Positions 22,700-32,801 of a stretch of 64,000 nucleotides of DNA are shown here, piece by piece. Origin of the DNA: an uncultured Bacteroidota bacterium (GTDB taxonomy: Bacteria > Bacteroidota > Bacteroidia > Chitinophagales > Saprospiraceae); NCBI GenBank assembly GCA_963746925.1, contig CAVVDK010000001.1:39062-103061 (forward strand), written 5' to 3'. Below the pieces are notes generated by a model, which was not told where the DNA came from, made no database searches, and saw only the letters and a program-made list of their open reading frames with translations. Position 1 is the first letter of the stretch; each line of letters begins with the position of its first letter. Made by a program: the position numbers and the translations under genes.

Positions 22700-22999
22700 C
22701 GAAAGCGCGAAAGTACTGACTGAACGCAGAATCAGCGATGTTTTGTCTTTTTGGGGAATCCTCTCTGCGATGTGAATGCAGGAATGGGGTCTGACAATAC
22801 GCAGGTTTTGAGATTTCTCGACTCCTACTTCGGAATGACAAGCTTTATCCTTCACAGAGCGTCTCGAGCTCAGATCCTGAATGGCACCCCTTGTCTCTGT
22901 CATCGCAACGCTTCTTCCACGGAACAATCACCCGGCAATCTTCTGTAAACGGACTGTGCATTTATCATATACCCCGGGGATTTCAGCAATTGCGTATCG

Positions 23000-24268
23000 T
23001 TGCTGGCAGAAATGGATGTCACCGTCTTCCCATCCCGCCTCTCCGGCACCATTAGCGCCAACCCTTGCAAAAGCTATGCCCAGCGTGCCATTGCCATCGC
23101 TGCCCTGACCCATGGTCGTAGTGTGCTCAAACGCATTGGTGCTTGTGCAGATACGCAACATGCATTGGGGATTGCCGCAGCACTCGGAGCACAAATTGAC
23201 ATTGATGGAGAACAAGTAAGGGTCACCGGAGGGAGACCATTGCGCAGCAACAGATGGTTTTGCGGGGCGTCGGGATTGTGCATGCGGATGTTTTCTGCAA
23301 TCGCCGGGCTCTACGCTGAAGAGATCATCATCAGTGCTGAAGACTCTTTAAATACAAGACCGCAGGATTTTGTCATCCATGGTCTGAGAGCGTTGGGCGT
23401 TTCTGTGGTTGCAAATGAGGGAGTCACACCGTTACATATCAGAGGTCCGATGCGGAATACCGCGATTCAATTGGATGGATCCGTGAGTTCGCAATTTCTC
23501 ACGGGACTATTGATCGCATTACCGCTCCGCGACGTCGATACGCAGCTCGAGGTTTTGAATCCTGTCAGCATGCCCTATCTCGAAATCACGTTGTCACTAC
23601 AGAAGACATTCGGCGTTGATATCGAGCATGACAGATATTTGCGCTTTGACATCCAGGGCAATCAAAAATATGTCCCGGCCGAACTGCCAATACCAGGCGA
23701 CTGGAGCAGCATGGCATTTGCACTGGTATCTGCGGCGATTGCAGGTGAAGTCAAGGTGCAGGGACTCGATCACCCTTCTTTGCAGGCTGACAGCATGATT
23801 TTCCAGATGCTGGATCGGTGTGGCGCAAACATTTATGCCGGTACCGATCATGTGTCGGTGACACCGCATACGTTACATGCATTTGATGCCGATGTCACCC
23901 AATGCCCGGACCTTGCACCACCGCTTACCGCCCTGGCGGCATACTGCCCGGGAACCAGCATCATCAGGGGCGTTCACCGATTACGTCACAAAGAGAGCGA
24001 TCGCGCGGCAGTGCTGGAAAATGAGTGGAGGAAACTGCAGATCGATACACGTATTCAGGAAAATATGCTTGTCATCAAAGGTGGATCCGTGCATGCTGGA
24101 GATGTCGATGCACATGGAGACCACCGGATTGCCATGGCCCTCGCCACAACTGCGCTCGGTGCAACGGGTCCGGTGACCATCCGTGGAGCCGATTGTGTGG
24201 CTAAATCTTACCCTGGTTTCTTCGACGATTTGGAAACCCTGGGTGCGACGATTCGCCGCCATCCTTAA
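23000..24268 (+). CDS. aroA: 3-phosphoshikimate 1-carboxyvinyltransferase (EPSP synthase).
   Basis: 422 aa. EPT-family fold, C-terminal 'DHRIAMALA...KSYPGFFDDLETLG'. Confidence 0.7.
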   Translation: MLAEMDVTVFPSRLSGTISANPCKSYAQRAIAIAALTHGRSVLKRIGACADTQHALGIAAALGAQIDIDGEQVRVTGGRPLRSNRWFCGASGLCMRMFSAIAGLYAEEIIISAEDSLNTRPQDFVIHGLRALGVSVVANEGVTPLHIRGPMRNTAIQLDGSVSSQFLTGLLIALPLRDVDTQLEVLNPVSMPYLEITLSLQKTFGVDIEHDRYLRFDIQGNQKYVPAELPIPGDWSSMAFALVSAAIAGEVKVQGLDHPSLQADSMIFQMLDRCGANIYAGTDHVSVTPHTLHAFDADVTQCPDLAPPLTALAAYCPGTSIIRGVHRLRHKESDRAAVLENEWRKLQIDTRIQENMLVIKGGSVHAGDVDAHGDHRIAMALATTALGATGPVTIRGADCVAKSYPGFFDDLETLGATIRRHP

Positions 24269-24282
24269 TTTTATTCTGCACT

Positions 24283-25200
24283 ATGGCATCTTCCTGGCTC
24301 GCTATCATAAATCCCGCCGCCGGCAGAGGGCGTTCACTGCAACGCTGGGATCAGCTCCGGCAGATCCTCGATCAACTTTCTGTCCCCTACTCAACAGCGG
24401 TTTCATCATCCAAAGGAGACATCACATCGATCGCACGGGAGGCCAGGCTTGCAGGTCAAATGCAGTATCTCTCTGTCGGTGGCGATGGCACACACCATGA
24501 ATTGATCAACGGCATCCTCGGCGCTGAGCATACGGATACTTCCACATGTACAGTTGCTTTGTTGAACGCAGGTACAGGAAATGATTGGGCCAGAATGCAT
24601 GGGATTGGAAATGATCTGCGTGTGTGCGCACAGATGATCGCCACAGGAAAGACCATCTTCCATCCGGCAGGATTGATCCGGTACACATTGAATGATGTGT
24701 CGAAGCAGCGCTATTTTATCAATGTCGCAGGAATGGCTTTAGACGGTCGCGTTATGGAGGCTTTCCCGGAAAAATACCGGCATATCCCCTTTTTTCCGGG
24801 TTATCTGGTAGCCGGGCTCAAAGAGTTGTTTCGCTATCGCGCTCCGGAGATGCACATCGAAACCGACAATTTGAAATTGCAAGAGCCATTGCTCACCGTT
24901 CATGCGGGGTTGTGCAGGTATTCGGGGGGCGGTATGCAATTTGTGCCTCATGCTGACCCTGCACGCAATGATTTTGCGATTACGTGCATTCGCGAGATGA
25001 CAGTCCCAAAACTCATGTCGAGCATCTATCGCCTTTACCAGGGTAATTTGCTTGAACATCGCAGTGTCTCAGGATTCAGATGCACGTCATTAACCGTCCA
25101 TGGAGCGCATGTCCCGATCGAAGCAGACGGTGAATTTCTGGGATATACTCCCGTGACGATGGCAGTGATCCCCAAGGCATTCCGGCTCATCATTCCATGA
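24283..25200 (+). CDS. Diacylglycerol-kinase-family lipid kinase (YegS/BmrU type).
   Basis: 'AIINPAAGRGR' and 'VGGDGT' DAGK catalytic motifs. Confidence 0.7.
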   Translation: MASSWLAIINPAAGRGRSLQRWDQLRQILDQLSVPYSTAVSSSKGDITSIAREARLAGQMQYLSVGGDGTHHELINGILGAEHTDTSTCTVALLNAGTGNDWARMHGIGNDLRVCAQMIATGKTIFHPAGLIRYTLNDVSKQRYFINVAGMALDGRVMEAFPEKYRHIPFFPGYLVAGLKELFRYRAPEMHIETDNLKLQEPLLTVHAGLCRYSGGGMQFVPHADPARNDFAITCIREMTVPKLMSSIYRLYQGNLLEHRSVSGFRCTSLTVHGAHVPIEADGEFLGYTPVTMAVIPKAFRLIIP

Positions 25201-25233
25201 CTTCCGCGCCGGTCTGGATTTAGTGATACTTTA

Positions 25234-26298
25234 GTGACACGCATTGTGAAGATTGATATCCATACCCATATTTTGCCGCGAGACATTCCACGGTGGGCGG
25301 AGCGTTTCGGGTACGGCAGGTTCGTGCATCTCGAAGACTGCGGACCCTGTGCGGCGAAAATGATGATCGGCGACCGGTTTTTCCGCGAGATCCAATCGAA
25401 TTGCTGGGACCCGGAGACGCGTCTCTCCGACTGCGACAGCCATCACGTGCAGGTGCAGGTGTTGTCCATTATACCGGTACTCTTTTATTATTGGGCGGAG
25501 CCAAAGGATGCCGTCATCACCGCGCAGTATTTCAATGACTATATCGCCGAAGTCGTAAACAAGTACCCGCACAGGTTTGCCGGTTTGGGAACAGTGCCGC
25601 TCCAGGACCCTGAACTTGCGATCGCCGAGATGCAGCGATGCATGACAGAGCTGGGGATGGTCGGCATCGAGATCGGTTCCCATGTCAACCACTGGAATCT
25701 AAGTGACCCTGAGCTGTTTCCATTCTTTGAAGCATGTCAGGAAGCGGGGGCATCGCTCTTTGTACATCCATGGGATATGATGGGCCGCGAGCGCATGGAA
25801 CGCTATTGGCTGCCATGGTTGGTCGGCATGCCGGCAGAGACGAGCCTGGCGATTTGCTCCATGATCTTCGGTGGCGTCTTCGAGCGACTTCCTGATCTCA
25901 AAGTGGCATTTGCGCATGGCGGAGGCTCTTTCCCCGGGACGATCAGCCGGATCGAACATGGCTTCAATGTGCGGCCCGATCTCTGTGCAACAGATAACGA
26001 CAAAAATCCCAGGAGTTACTTAGGCAAGTTTTATATCGATTCGCTGGTCCATGACGCGCGGATATTGGATTATCTCATCGACCTGATGGGCGCCGACCGC
26101 ATCGCCCTTGGGAGCGATTACCCGTTTCCCCTGGGAAAGGCGGTGCCGGGATCACTCATTGAATCCATGCCCTACAGCGATCACACCAAGGAGACATTAC
26201 TCAGCGGGACGGCCCTGGATTGGATGGGGGTGACGGCAGAACGGTTTGTGGGCGGCACTCAGTTTTCAATTCCTGGAGCTAAGACGATTGGGCATTAG
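25234..26298 (+). CDS. Amidohydrolase-2 family metal-dependent decarboxylase/hydrolase (ACMSD-like).
   Basis: 'IDIHTHILP' N-terminal metal-binding motif, 354 aa, ACMSD-like layout. Confidence 0.65.
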   Translation: MTRIVKIDIHTHILPRDIPRWAERFGYGRFVHLEDCGPCAAKMMIGDRFFREIQSNCWDPETRLSDCDSHHVQVQVLSIIPVLFYYWAEPKDAVITAQYFNDYIAEVVNKYPHRFAGLGTVPLQDPELAIAEMQRCMTELGMVGIEIGSHVNHWNLSDPELFPFFEACQEAGASLFVHPWDMMGRERMERYWLPWLVGMPAETSLAICSMIFGGVFERLPDLKVAFAHGGGSFPGTISRIEHGFNVRPDLCATDNDKNPRSYLGKFYIDSLVHDARILDYLIDLMGADRIALGSDYPFPLGKAVPGSLIESMPYSDHTKETLLSGTALDWMGVTAERFVGGTQFSIPGAKTIGH

Positions 26299-26337
26299 AT
26301 CTCTCTCGATACGATATCAGCGTTCTCGGTATTAAAG

Positions 26338-26640
26338 AGGACTCACCCCCTTAGTCCCCGCCGTCCCCGACCGACCGATGGTCTTTCGGGTGTGGCGATC
26401 CGGCACGGGCGGGCTCTCTGCTGACGCAAAGAGGGGGATATAAAAGACACGTAAGTTCCTCTCTTTGGCAAAAAGAGAACAAGAAATACTTCTACCTGAA
26501 TACGTAATATCCCCAGATATATGTGGGGACTCACCCCCTTAGTCCCCATCTCTTAAAACAAGGAAGTAAAAGAAACTACGATTGAAAAAAAGAGAGGCCC
26601 GCACGACCGAGTCATTCGGGCGGGGGTTAGGGGTGAGTTC
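26338..26640. repeat. Composite intergenic repeat: two direct copies of GGACTCACCCCCTTAGTCCCC (26338 and 26527), an inverted relative (GGGGGTTAGGGGTGAGTTCC at ~26617), and paired GC-rich stem modules.
   Basis: Seen directly in the 380-bp intergenic gap between the amidohydrolase and NlpC/P60 genes. Confidence 0.5.
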
Positions 26641-26681
26641 CTGCCTATGGTGAGCTATACAACTACTTTCTTCATAGTCAC

Positions 26682-27188
26682 TCAGAAGCTCGCCATATCA
26701 ACGGCAAACATTATTTTCTTCAACCAATATTCGGAAGCATGAATGTCCTCGATGATCACGCCATGAGAGCTGCTGCTGTGGATGATTTCCAGGTGTTTTT
26801 TATTGCTTTGTACGACCATGGCTACGTGATCTACATGATGGCCGTTCCCGAAGAACAGCAGGTCTCCCGGTTGTGCATCTGCTATCGCGATGGTCTTGCC
26901 CTGGCTGGCCTGCGCACCGGAGCTGTGTGGTAAGGTCTTGCCGAAATTGCGCAGGACATATGCAGTAAATCCTGAACAATCAAATCCTTCTTTCGGGGAC
27001 ATCCCGCCATAGACATACGGCGTGCCGACGAGCGTGGAGGCATATGTGATGATGTTCTTGCGCTGAACATCTGCAGGATGGGTAATAGTGGAATGGCCAC
27101 GGGAACCTGGATCGCCATCCGACGTACTGCGCGCGACCGAGCAGGACAAGAGAAGAAAACCAACAAGGGCGAGGGTTTTGACGCGCAT
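26682..27188 (-). CDS. C40 family peptidase (NlpC/P60), secreted.
   Basis: Catalytic Cys in 'GFDCSGF', His in 'HVDHVAM', signal peptide. Confidence 0.75.
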   Translation of the reverse strand: MRVKTLALVGFLLLSCSVARSTSDGDPGSRGHSTITHPADVQRKNIITYASTLVGTPYVYGGMSPKEGFDCSGFTAYVLRNFGKTLPHSSGAQASQGKTIAIADAQPGDLLFFGNGHHVDHVAMVVQSNKKHLEIIHSSSSHGVIIEDIHASEYWLKKIMFAVDMASF

Positions 27189-27245
27189 ACAGACAATAGA
27201 AACTTAAATATACCAGAAATTCTTGCCCGAAGCCAGGAAAGATTC

Positions 27246-28019
27246 TTACTCTAAAATCTGAAACTGATCCCGGTCCTGCAAAAACGGAAAGCGCTGGCGA
27301 TAGACTTGCAATGCGCCGGCATCCAGGTCTATTGTACCGACCTCTTCCGCAGATGCGGATGTCCGCAAAGGCTGGCCGGCCATGTCATATACTGCCGACT
27401 GACCGGAGTAATGATTGCCATTGGGATCCTCTCCTACTCGGTTAACTCCCGCCACATAGCATTGATTTTCTATGGCCCGGGCCTGAAGCAGTGTCGTCCA
27501 GGCATGGATCCGCGGCGCCGGCCAGTTGGCCACATAGACAAGAAGATCGTATTGTTGGGTGTTGCGGCTCCATACAGGGAAACGGAGGTCATAGCAGACG
27601 AGTGGCAGGATTCGCCATCCTTTGACAGTGAGGAGAAGATGATGTTTCCCCGGTGCAAAGGAATGATGCTCCCCGGCGTAGGTAAAGAGGTGTCTTTTGT
27701 TGTAATAATTCAGCACGCCATCAGGCTCTGCGCAGATCAGCCTGTTGTAGTAGTGATCTGTATCACCGATCACAAGACTGCCGATCACGACAGCGCCGGA
27801 GTTTCGGGCCGCTTCCAGCATCCATGTTACGGCAGTGCCGGACATTCCCTCAGCTACGTTTTGCGGATCTACAGTAAATCCCGTGCTAAACATCTCCGGC
27901 AGAAGAATCACATCTCCTTCAAGGCCGGAAATCAACTTCAGAAAGGTGCTTGAGGTTGGCATGGGAATCTTCCATTGCAAATCTGCCTGCACATAATGTA
28001 AGCGCAGCGGCTGCATCAT
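27246..28019 (-). CDS. Carbon-nitrogen hydrolase family protein (nitrilase/omega-amidase-like).
   Basis: 257 aa. CN-hydrolase catalytic-triad context 'LLPEMF', 'VCYDLRFP'. Confidence 0.7.
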   Translation of the reverse strand: MMQPLRLHYVQADLQWKIPMPTSSTFLKLISGLEGDVILLPEMFSTGFTVDPQNVAEGMSGTAVTWMLEAARNSGAVVIGSLVIGDTDHYYNRLICAEPDGVLNYYNKRHLFTYAGEHHSFAPGKHHLLLTVKGWRILPLVCYDLRFPVWSRNTQQYDLLVYVANWPAPRIHAWTTLLQARAIENQCYVAGVNRVGEDPNGNHYSGQSAVYDMAGQPLRTSASAEEVGTIDLDAGALQVYRQRFPFLQDRDQFQILE

Positions 28020-28045
28020 CTATTGCCCTGCAACGGGCACAGTTA

Positions 28046-28744
28046 TTATTTCTTATGCTCCTCTTTCTTTTTAGGAGCTTTTTTGGCAGCTTCATCTTTC
28101 GGAGCCTCACCTTCGACTTTTTCTCCCGCTGCCACAGCTTCGGCGCCTTCAGGTACTGCAGCTTCTGCTTCAGCGCTCTTCAGGGCTCTGGGAATCTCCA
28201 CGCCGGCCACCGGAATACTGGGAGAGTTGAGGATCTCGATACCTTCCCCGGGCACGATATCACGGATACGCATCGAATGACCCAATGTCAGCTCCGTCAC
28301 ATCAAGGGTTAGGGCATCTACGAGATGTTCGGGCGTTGCTTTGATGAGAACACGGCGCAATTTCTGCGTAAGTTTTCCGCCGGTCTTGATCCCGGCAGCG
28401 ATCCCGGTAAGGTGCAGGGGGACTTCTACTTTCACTTTCTTTCCTTCTTCAAGCCGTAAAAAGTCGACATGTATAACTGCATCGGTGATCGGATGAAACT
28501 GGACGTCTTTCAGGATACAGGTGATTTGTTCTCCGTCCAGGTCGATGCTCAATGTGTGAAAATTCGGGGTGTAGATCGCATGACGGATGTCATGGAGCGT
28601 CACGCTGACAGGGGTCGGTTCCTTGCCTCCGTAAATGATTGCAGGGATGCGACCCTCGCGCCTGAGGTCCTCGGCACCTTTAGTGCCTGTAACTTCCCTT
28701 GCGTTTGCCCCGACTGTGATATTTTCCATGACTGAAGAAAGGTT
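28046..28744 (-). CDS. rplY: 50S ribosomal protein L25 / general stress protein Ctc form.
   Basis: L25 N-domain (MENITV..R...GK..R..G.IPA..YG) and a Lys/Ala/Glu-rich tail. Start set at MENITVGAN. Confidence 0.8.
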   Translation of the reverse strand, partial: NLSSVMENITVGANAREVTGTKGAEDLRREGRIPAIIYGGKEPTPVSVTLHDIRHAIYTPNFHTLSIDLDGEQITCILKDVQFHPITDAVIHVDFLRLEEGKKVKVEVPLHLTGIAAGIKTGGKLTQKLRRVLIKATPEHLVDALTLDVTELTLGHSMRIRDIVPGEGIEILNSPSIPVAGVEIPRALKSAEAEAAVPEGAEAVAAGEKVEGEAPKDEAAKKAPKKKEEHKK

Positions 28745-28926
28745 CGTTTTTAGAAAAGCGGGCGCGAATATAGTAAAAGTCCCTGTGTTCCTCATTCAAT
28801 AACGCCCGACAGGAGAGTGAAAATATCCGGGGGCCGAATCCAGTCTTTTGTTCCGGGCAAGGATGTTTGACAACTCCATCAAGTTTAAAATATAAATATC
28901 ACAAATGTGTAATGCGCTTATTATGA

Positions 28927-29865
28927 TTACTGTAGCTCATCTACAAAGAGTGCTGAGATCGATCTGTGTTCGTGGGTATTGCGGATGGCCCGGGCAAACA
29001 ACTTGGCGCAAGAGAGCACTTTGATTTTCGGAGAGCGCGCGCGCAGCGGGATCGTATCAGTCACGATCAGTTCCGTCAATGGTGAATTCTCAATCACCTC
29101 ATAGGCTTTGCCGGAAAGCACAGGATGTGTGCACATGGCCCTGACCGAGTGTGCACCTTTGTCGAGGAGTGCCTGCGCCGCTTTTGACAGCGTCCCTGCC
29201 GTATCCACCAGGTCGTCGATGAGGATCACATCTCTTCCTTCCACGTCCCCGATGACCGTCATACCGGCGACCTCGTTGGCGCGTCTGCGGTACTTATCAC
29301 AGATGACCATATCGCTGCCGAAATGATTTGCGTACTTCCGCGCCCGTTTGACGCCACCCACGTCCGGCGAGGCAAAGATCACCGAGTTCATATCGTGTTC
29401 TTCCAGGTACGGAACAAAAATCGCGTTGCTCTTCAGGTGATCCACGGGGATGTCAAAAAAACCCTGGATCTGATCCGCGTGCAGGTCCATGGTCACTACC
29501 CTGTCTGCACCGGCAGCCTGGAGGAGATTGGCAATCAGCTTTGCAGAGATCGGCACGCGGGGTTTATCCTTGCGGTCCTGGCGGGCATAGCCGAAGTATG
29601 GGATGACGGCAGTGATATACCCGGCGGAAGCGCGTTTACCGGCGTCGATCAGCAGGAGCAGCTCCAACAGATTGCTGGCAGGGGAAAACGTGGATTGAAT
29701 AAAGAAGACATACGCTCCGCGCACGGACTCCTGGATGACAGGCTGCATCTCACCATCACTAAACAGTGTCATATCGAGTTGACCAAGCGAATAACCATAG
29801 TAGTCAGCTATGCGGTCTGAAAGATATTTCGACGAGGTGCCGGAGAAAAGTTTGATCTCTACCAT
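28927..29865 (-). CDS. prs: Ribose-phosphate pyrophosphokinase.
   Basis: 312 aa. PRPP-binding 'DLVDTAGT'. Confidence 0.9.
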   Translation of the reverse strand: MVEIKLFSGTSSKYLSDRIADYYGYSLGQLDMTLFSDGEMQPVIQESVRGAYVFFIQSTFSPASNLLELLLLIDAGKRASAGYITAVIPYFGYARQDRKDKPRVPISAKLIANLLQAAGADRVVTMDLHADQIQGFFDIPVDHLKSNAIFVPYLEEHDMNSVIFASPDVGGVKRARKYANHFGSDMVICDKYRRRANEVAGMTVIGDVEGRDVILIDDLVDTAGTLSKAAQALLDKGAHSVRAMCTHPVLSGKAYEVIENSPLTELIVTDTIPLRARSPKIKVLSCAKLFARAIRNTHEHRSISALFVDELQ

Positions 29866-30030
29866 CTGGTGCCCGAATTGGTCCTGTTAAAAGCGGTGTC
29901 AACAAAGGTAGTGAACGCCGGCAAAGCAGTCCTTCTGCCACGCGGACTTCTCACAGAAATATATTATCTTTTGACCCTGTAGACCGGCCCCTGGATTCCT
30001 TCTATCACTTCTAATAACGAAATCCCGACT

Positions 30031-30486
30031 ATGAAAAACTTCGTTCAGAAACCGAAACCCCCCGAATCCCGCACACTGCAGGGAGCACCGATCACGCAGT
30101 ATATGGCCAGGCAGCTGATCACTTTTCGTCCTGATTCCGAGATTGATACCGTCATCAATACATTCCTCGAAAAAGGCATCACCGGCGCACCAGTACTCAA
30201 TGATCAGAAGGAAATAGTTGGTTTGATTGACGACAAAGACTGTCTGGGAGTACTCTTTCAGGATGCCTACCACAACCAGCCCGGCCGGACGACCGTCGAT
30301 GCATACATGAGCAATGTCATGCGCACGATCAGCGTAGATGCCGACATCATTGATGCAGCCAATATTTTTCTGCGCACGCCGTACAAACGGCTCCTTGTGG
30401 TCGACCATGCCGGTAAACTGGTGGGCCAGGTGAGCAGAAGAGATATCCTGCGCGCGATTCAGGAGATGAAAAGCACGACGTGGTGA
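30031..30486 (+). CDS. CBS-pair domain protein.
   Basis: 151 aa with two CBS motifs. The 222-aa ORF on the opposite strand is judged spurious. Confidence 0.65.
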   Translation: MKNFVQKPKPPESRTLQGAPITQYMARQLITFRPDSEIDTVINTFLEKGITGAPVLNDQKEIVGLIDDKDCLGVLFQDAYHNQPGRTTVDAYMSNVMRTISVDADIIDAANIFLRTPYKRLLVVDHAGKLVGQVSRRDILRAIQEMKSTTW

Positions 30487-30599
30487 GTGCCTTGGTCGCG
30501 CAATCACGTCTGCTGAACGAAAAACAGAGTACCTGCGAACCGCTGCGATATCCGATACGTTATCCATTATAGATCGATATTTTTTCTAATTCAACTGCA

Positions 30600-31226
30600 A
30601 TGTTTTCGCTCTTCTCTTTAAATGGCTGGTGGCAGGCACTGACAACGGCGCAGCATGTCTACTGGATCATTGCGATCGTTTTTACGTTGCTGTTTATCGC
30701 ATTATATGGATTGAGCCTCCTGGGCATTGACAGCGATTCAGCAGCGGATACTGATCTGAATGTGGATCTGGATCATGAGGTGAGTCACGACTTCAGTGTA
30801 GACAAAGAGTTTTCGGCGTTCTCTATCCGGAGTATCATCGCATTCTTCACCTTCTTTGGCTGGACCGGCGTGTATTTTCTATCGTCCGGCTATCGTTTGC
30901 CGCTGGCTACCGGGTTGTCATTTCTGGCGGGAGGTGCGGCTATGGTCGTCGTGGCGTATATGATTTTCAAGTTTGCACAGATGGAGAAGTCAGGTACGGT
31001 AAATGTGCTTGACGCGTTGGAAAATACCGGGGAAGTCTATCTCTCAATTCCACCTGAGTTGGAAGGGCGGGGCAAAATCCATATTGTGGTCGACGGAGCG
31101 CTCCACGAATTTGAAGCGGAGACAAAAGGCCAGATGTTGCCCACTGGCAGCCAGGTGAAGGTGATCGATATCCTGGAGGATCAGGTATTGCTCGTCGAGG
31201 GGTCACAGCCCGCCTCAACACCTTAG
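30600..31226 (+). CDS. NfeD-like membrane protein (flotillin partner).
   Basis: N-terminal TM helices plus a C-terminal OB-fold-like 'GKIHIVVDGALHEFEAET...VKVIDILEDQVLLVEG'. Immediately upstream of a flotillin gene. Confidence 0.55.
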   Translation: MFSLFSLNGWWQALTTAQHVYWIIAIVFTLLFIALYGLSLLGIDSDSAADTDLNVDLDHEVSHDFSVDKEFSAFSIRSIIAFFTFFGWTGVYFLSSGYRLPLATGLSFLAGGAAMVVVAYMIFKFAQMEKSGTVNVLDALENTGEVYLSIPPELEGRGKIHIVVDGALHEFEAETKGQMLPTGSQVKVIDILEDQVLLVEGSQPASTP

Positions 31227-31288
31227 CATGATTTTATTTAAATTCAATAAAAACATTCATTCATTTTCAACAATCAAACCTAAATATT

Positions 31289-32713
31289 ATGCAATCGGTA
31301 ATTGTTTTTGTGGCTGGTATCGTTCTACTCGCTTTGATGATGTTATTGTGGTTTGTCAAACGCTACCGCCGTTGTCCTTCTGATAAGATCCTCGTGATCT
31401 ATGGAAAGACGCGTGCCGGAGGCAGCGCCAAATGTCTTGCCGGAGGCGCTTCGTTTGTATGGCCGGTGATCCAGGATTATCAATACCTTGATCTGTCGCC
31501 TATTTCTATTGACGTCGATCTCAAGGGAGCACTGAGTAAGCAGAACATCCGGGTGAGTGTGCCAAGCCGGTTTACTGTCGGGATTTCGAAAAAGCCCGGT
31601 ATTATGGAGAACGCTGCTGAGCGTCTCCTTGGCAAACAAGACGAAGAGATCATGCATATCGCAAAGGACATCATCTTCGGACAGCTTCGCCTTGTCGTTG
31701 CCACCATGGATATCGAGGAGATCAATGCTGACAGGGACAAATTCCTGCACAACGTATCTCAGAATGTCGAGAACGAATTGCGGAAGATCGGGCTGGAGCT
31801 GATCAATGTCAATGTCACGGACATCCAGGACGAATCGGGGTATATCGAAGCCCTTGGCAAGGAAGCGGCAGCCAAGGCAATCAACGATGCCAAGCAATCT
31901 GTGGCGGAAAAAGTCAGGGACGGGAGTATCGGTCAGGCCGCTGCACAACGCGATATGCGCGTGCAGGTATCCGCTGCCGATGCACAGGCCAAGGTGGGTG
32001 AGGCCTCTGCCGGCGCCAATGCAATTGCCGGCGAAAACGAGGCACAGGTGAGGATCGCCAAGTCGAATGCAGAACGCCGTGAGAAGGAGGCAGAAGCCTT
32101 GCGTATCGCAACGGCAGCGGAAAAAGTGCAGTCTGCAAAAGCACTCGAGGAGTCCTACGTCGCAGAACAAAAAGCAGAACTCGCCAGGGCGGCGCGTGAG
32201 AAGGCTTCCCGCGAAGCGGATACGATCGTGCAGGCCGAAATCGCCAAGCGCAAAGTAGAAATCGATGCAGAAGCAGAGGCAGAACGCGTCCGCCGGATCG
32301 CCAGAGGAGAAGCCGACGCGATTTTTATGCGCAAAGAAGCAGAGGCAAAAGGATTGTTCCAGATCCTGCAGAAACAAGCGGAAGGATTCGACGAGTTGGT
32401 CAAAGCTGCAGGCGGTGATCCACGTGACGCAGTGCTCATGCTGATCGCCGATAAGCTCCCCGACCTTGTCAAGACACAAGTGGAGGCAGTGAAAAATATC
32501 AAGATCGACAAAGTCACTGTGTGGGATGGCGGCAATCAACAGGAAGGCGAGGGCAACAGCACTTCAAAATTCATCTCGGGTCTCTATAAAGCAGTGCCGC
32601 CGATGAGCGAGCTGTTCAATATGGCCGGCATGGAACTCCCGTCGTACCTCGGGAAGGCCAGCAAAGAAGTCAGCAAAGAGAGCGGCAAAAAAGATAACGG
32701 CAAGGAAGAATAG
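31289..32713 (+). CDS. Flotillin-family SPFH/band-7 protein.
   Basis: 474 aa. N-terminal TM, SPFH domain, long Ala/Glu/Lys-rich coiled coil 'AEAERVRRIARGEADA'. Confidence 0.8.
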   Translation: MQSVIVFVAGIVLLALMMLLWFVKRYRRCPSDKILVIYGKTRAGGSAKCLAGGASFVWPVIQDYQYLDLSPISIDVDLKGALSKQNIRVSVPSRFTVGISKKPGIMENAAERLLGKQDEEIMHIAKDIIFGQLRLVVATMDIEEINADRDKFLHNVSQNVENELRKIGLELINVNVTDIQDESGYIEALGKEAAAKAINDAKQSVAEKVRDGSIGQAAAQRDMRVQVSAADAQAKVGEASAGANAIAGENEAQVRIAKSNAERREKEAEALRIATAAEKVQSAKALEESYVAEQKAELARAAREKASREADTIVQAEIAKRKVEIDAEAEAERVRRIARGEADAIFMRKEAEAKGLFQILQKQAEGFDELVKAAGGDPRDAVLMLIADKLPDLVKTQVEAVKNIKIDKVTVWDGGNQQEGEGNSTSKFISGLYKAVPPMSELFNMAGMELPSYLGKASKEVSKESGKKDNGKEE

Positions 32714-32801
32714 CCGAGTGACACGAGTACACGATATGGTCTGGAGTGTCCTTTCGTATTTTTGATGGTATCAAGAAAAGGACACTTCAGAACATTTCTT
32801 T

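Noticed and set aside
26343-26549. 68-aa minus ORF in the intergenic repeat region
   Set aside because: It lies within the composite repeat, has no ribosome-binding or start context, and is better explained as noncoding structured DNA.
27306-27953. 215-aa ORF on the plus strand
   Set aside because: Antisense to the carbon-nitrogen hydrolase gene.
29899-30567. 222-aa ORF on the minus strand
   Set aside because: It is entirely antisense to the well-formed CBS-domain gene (30031-30486 on the plus strand). It has no recognisable motifs and is Arg-rich in a way typical of out-of-frame translation.
31343-32539. 398-aa ORF on the minus strand
   Set aside because: Antisense to the flotillin gene. 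It is a long open frame produced by the GC- and Ala/Glu-rich coiled-coil codons on the sense strand.
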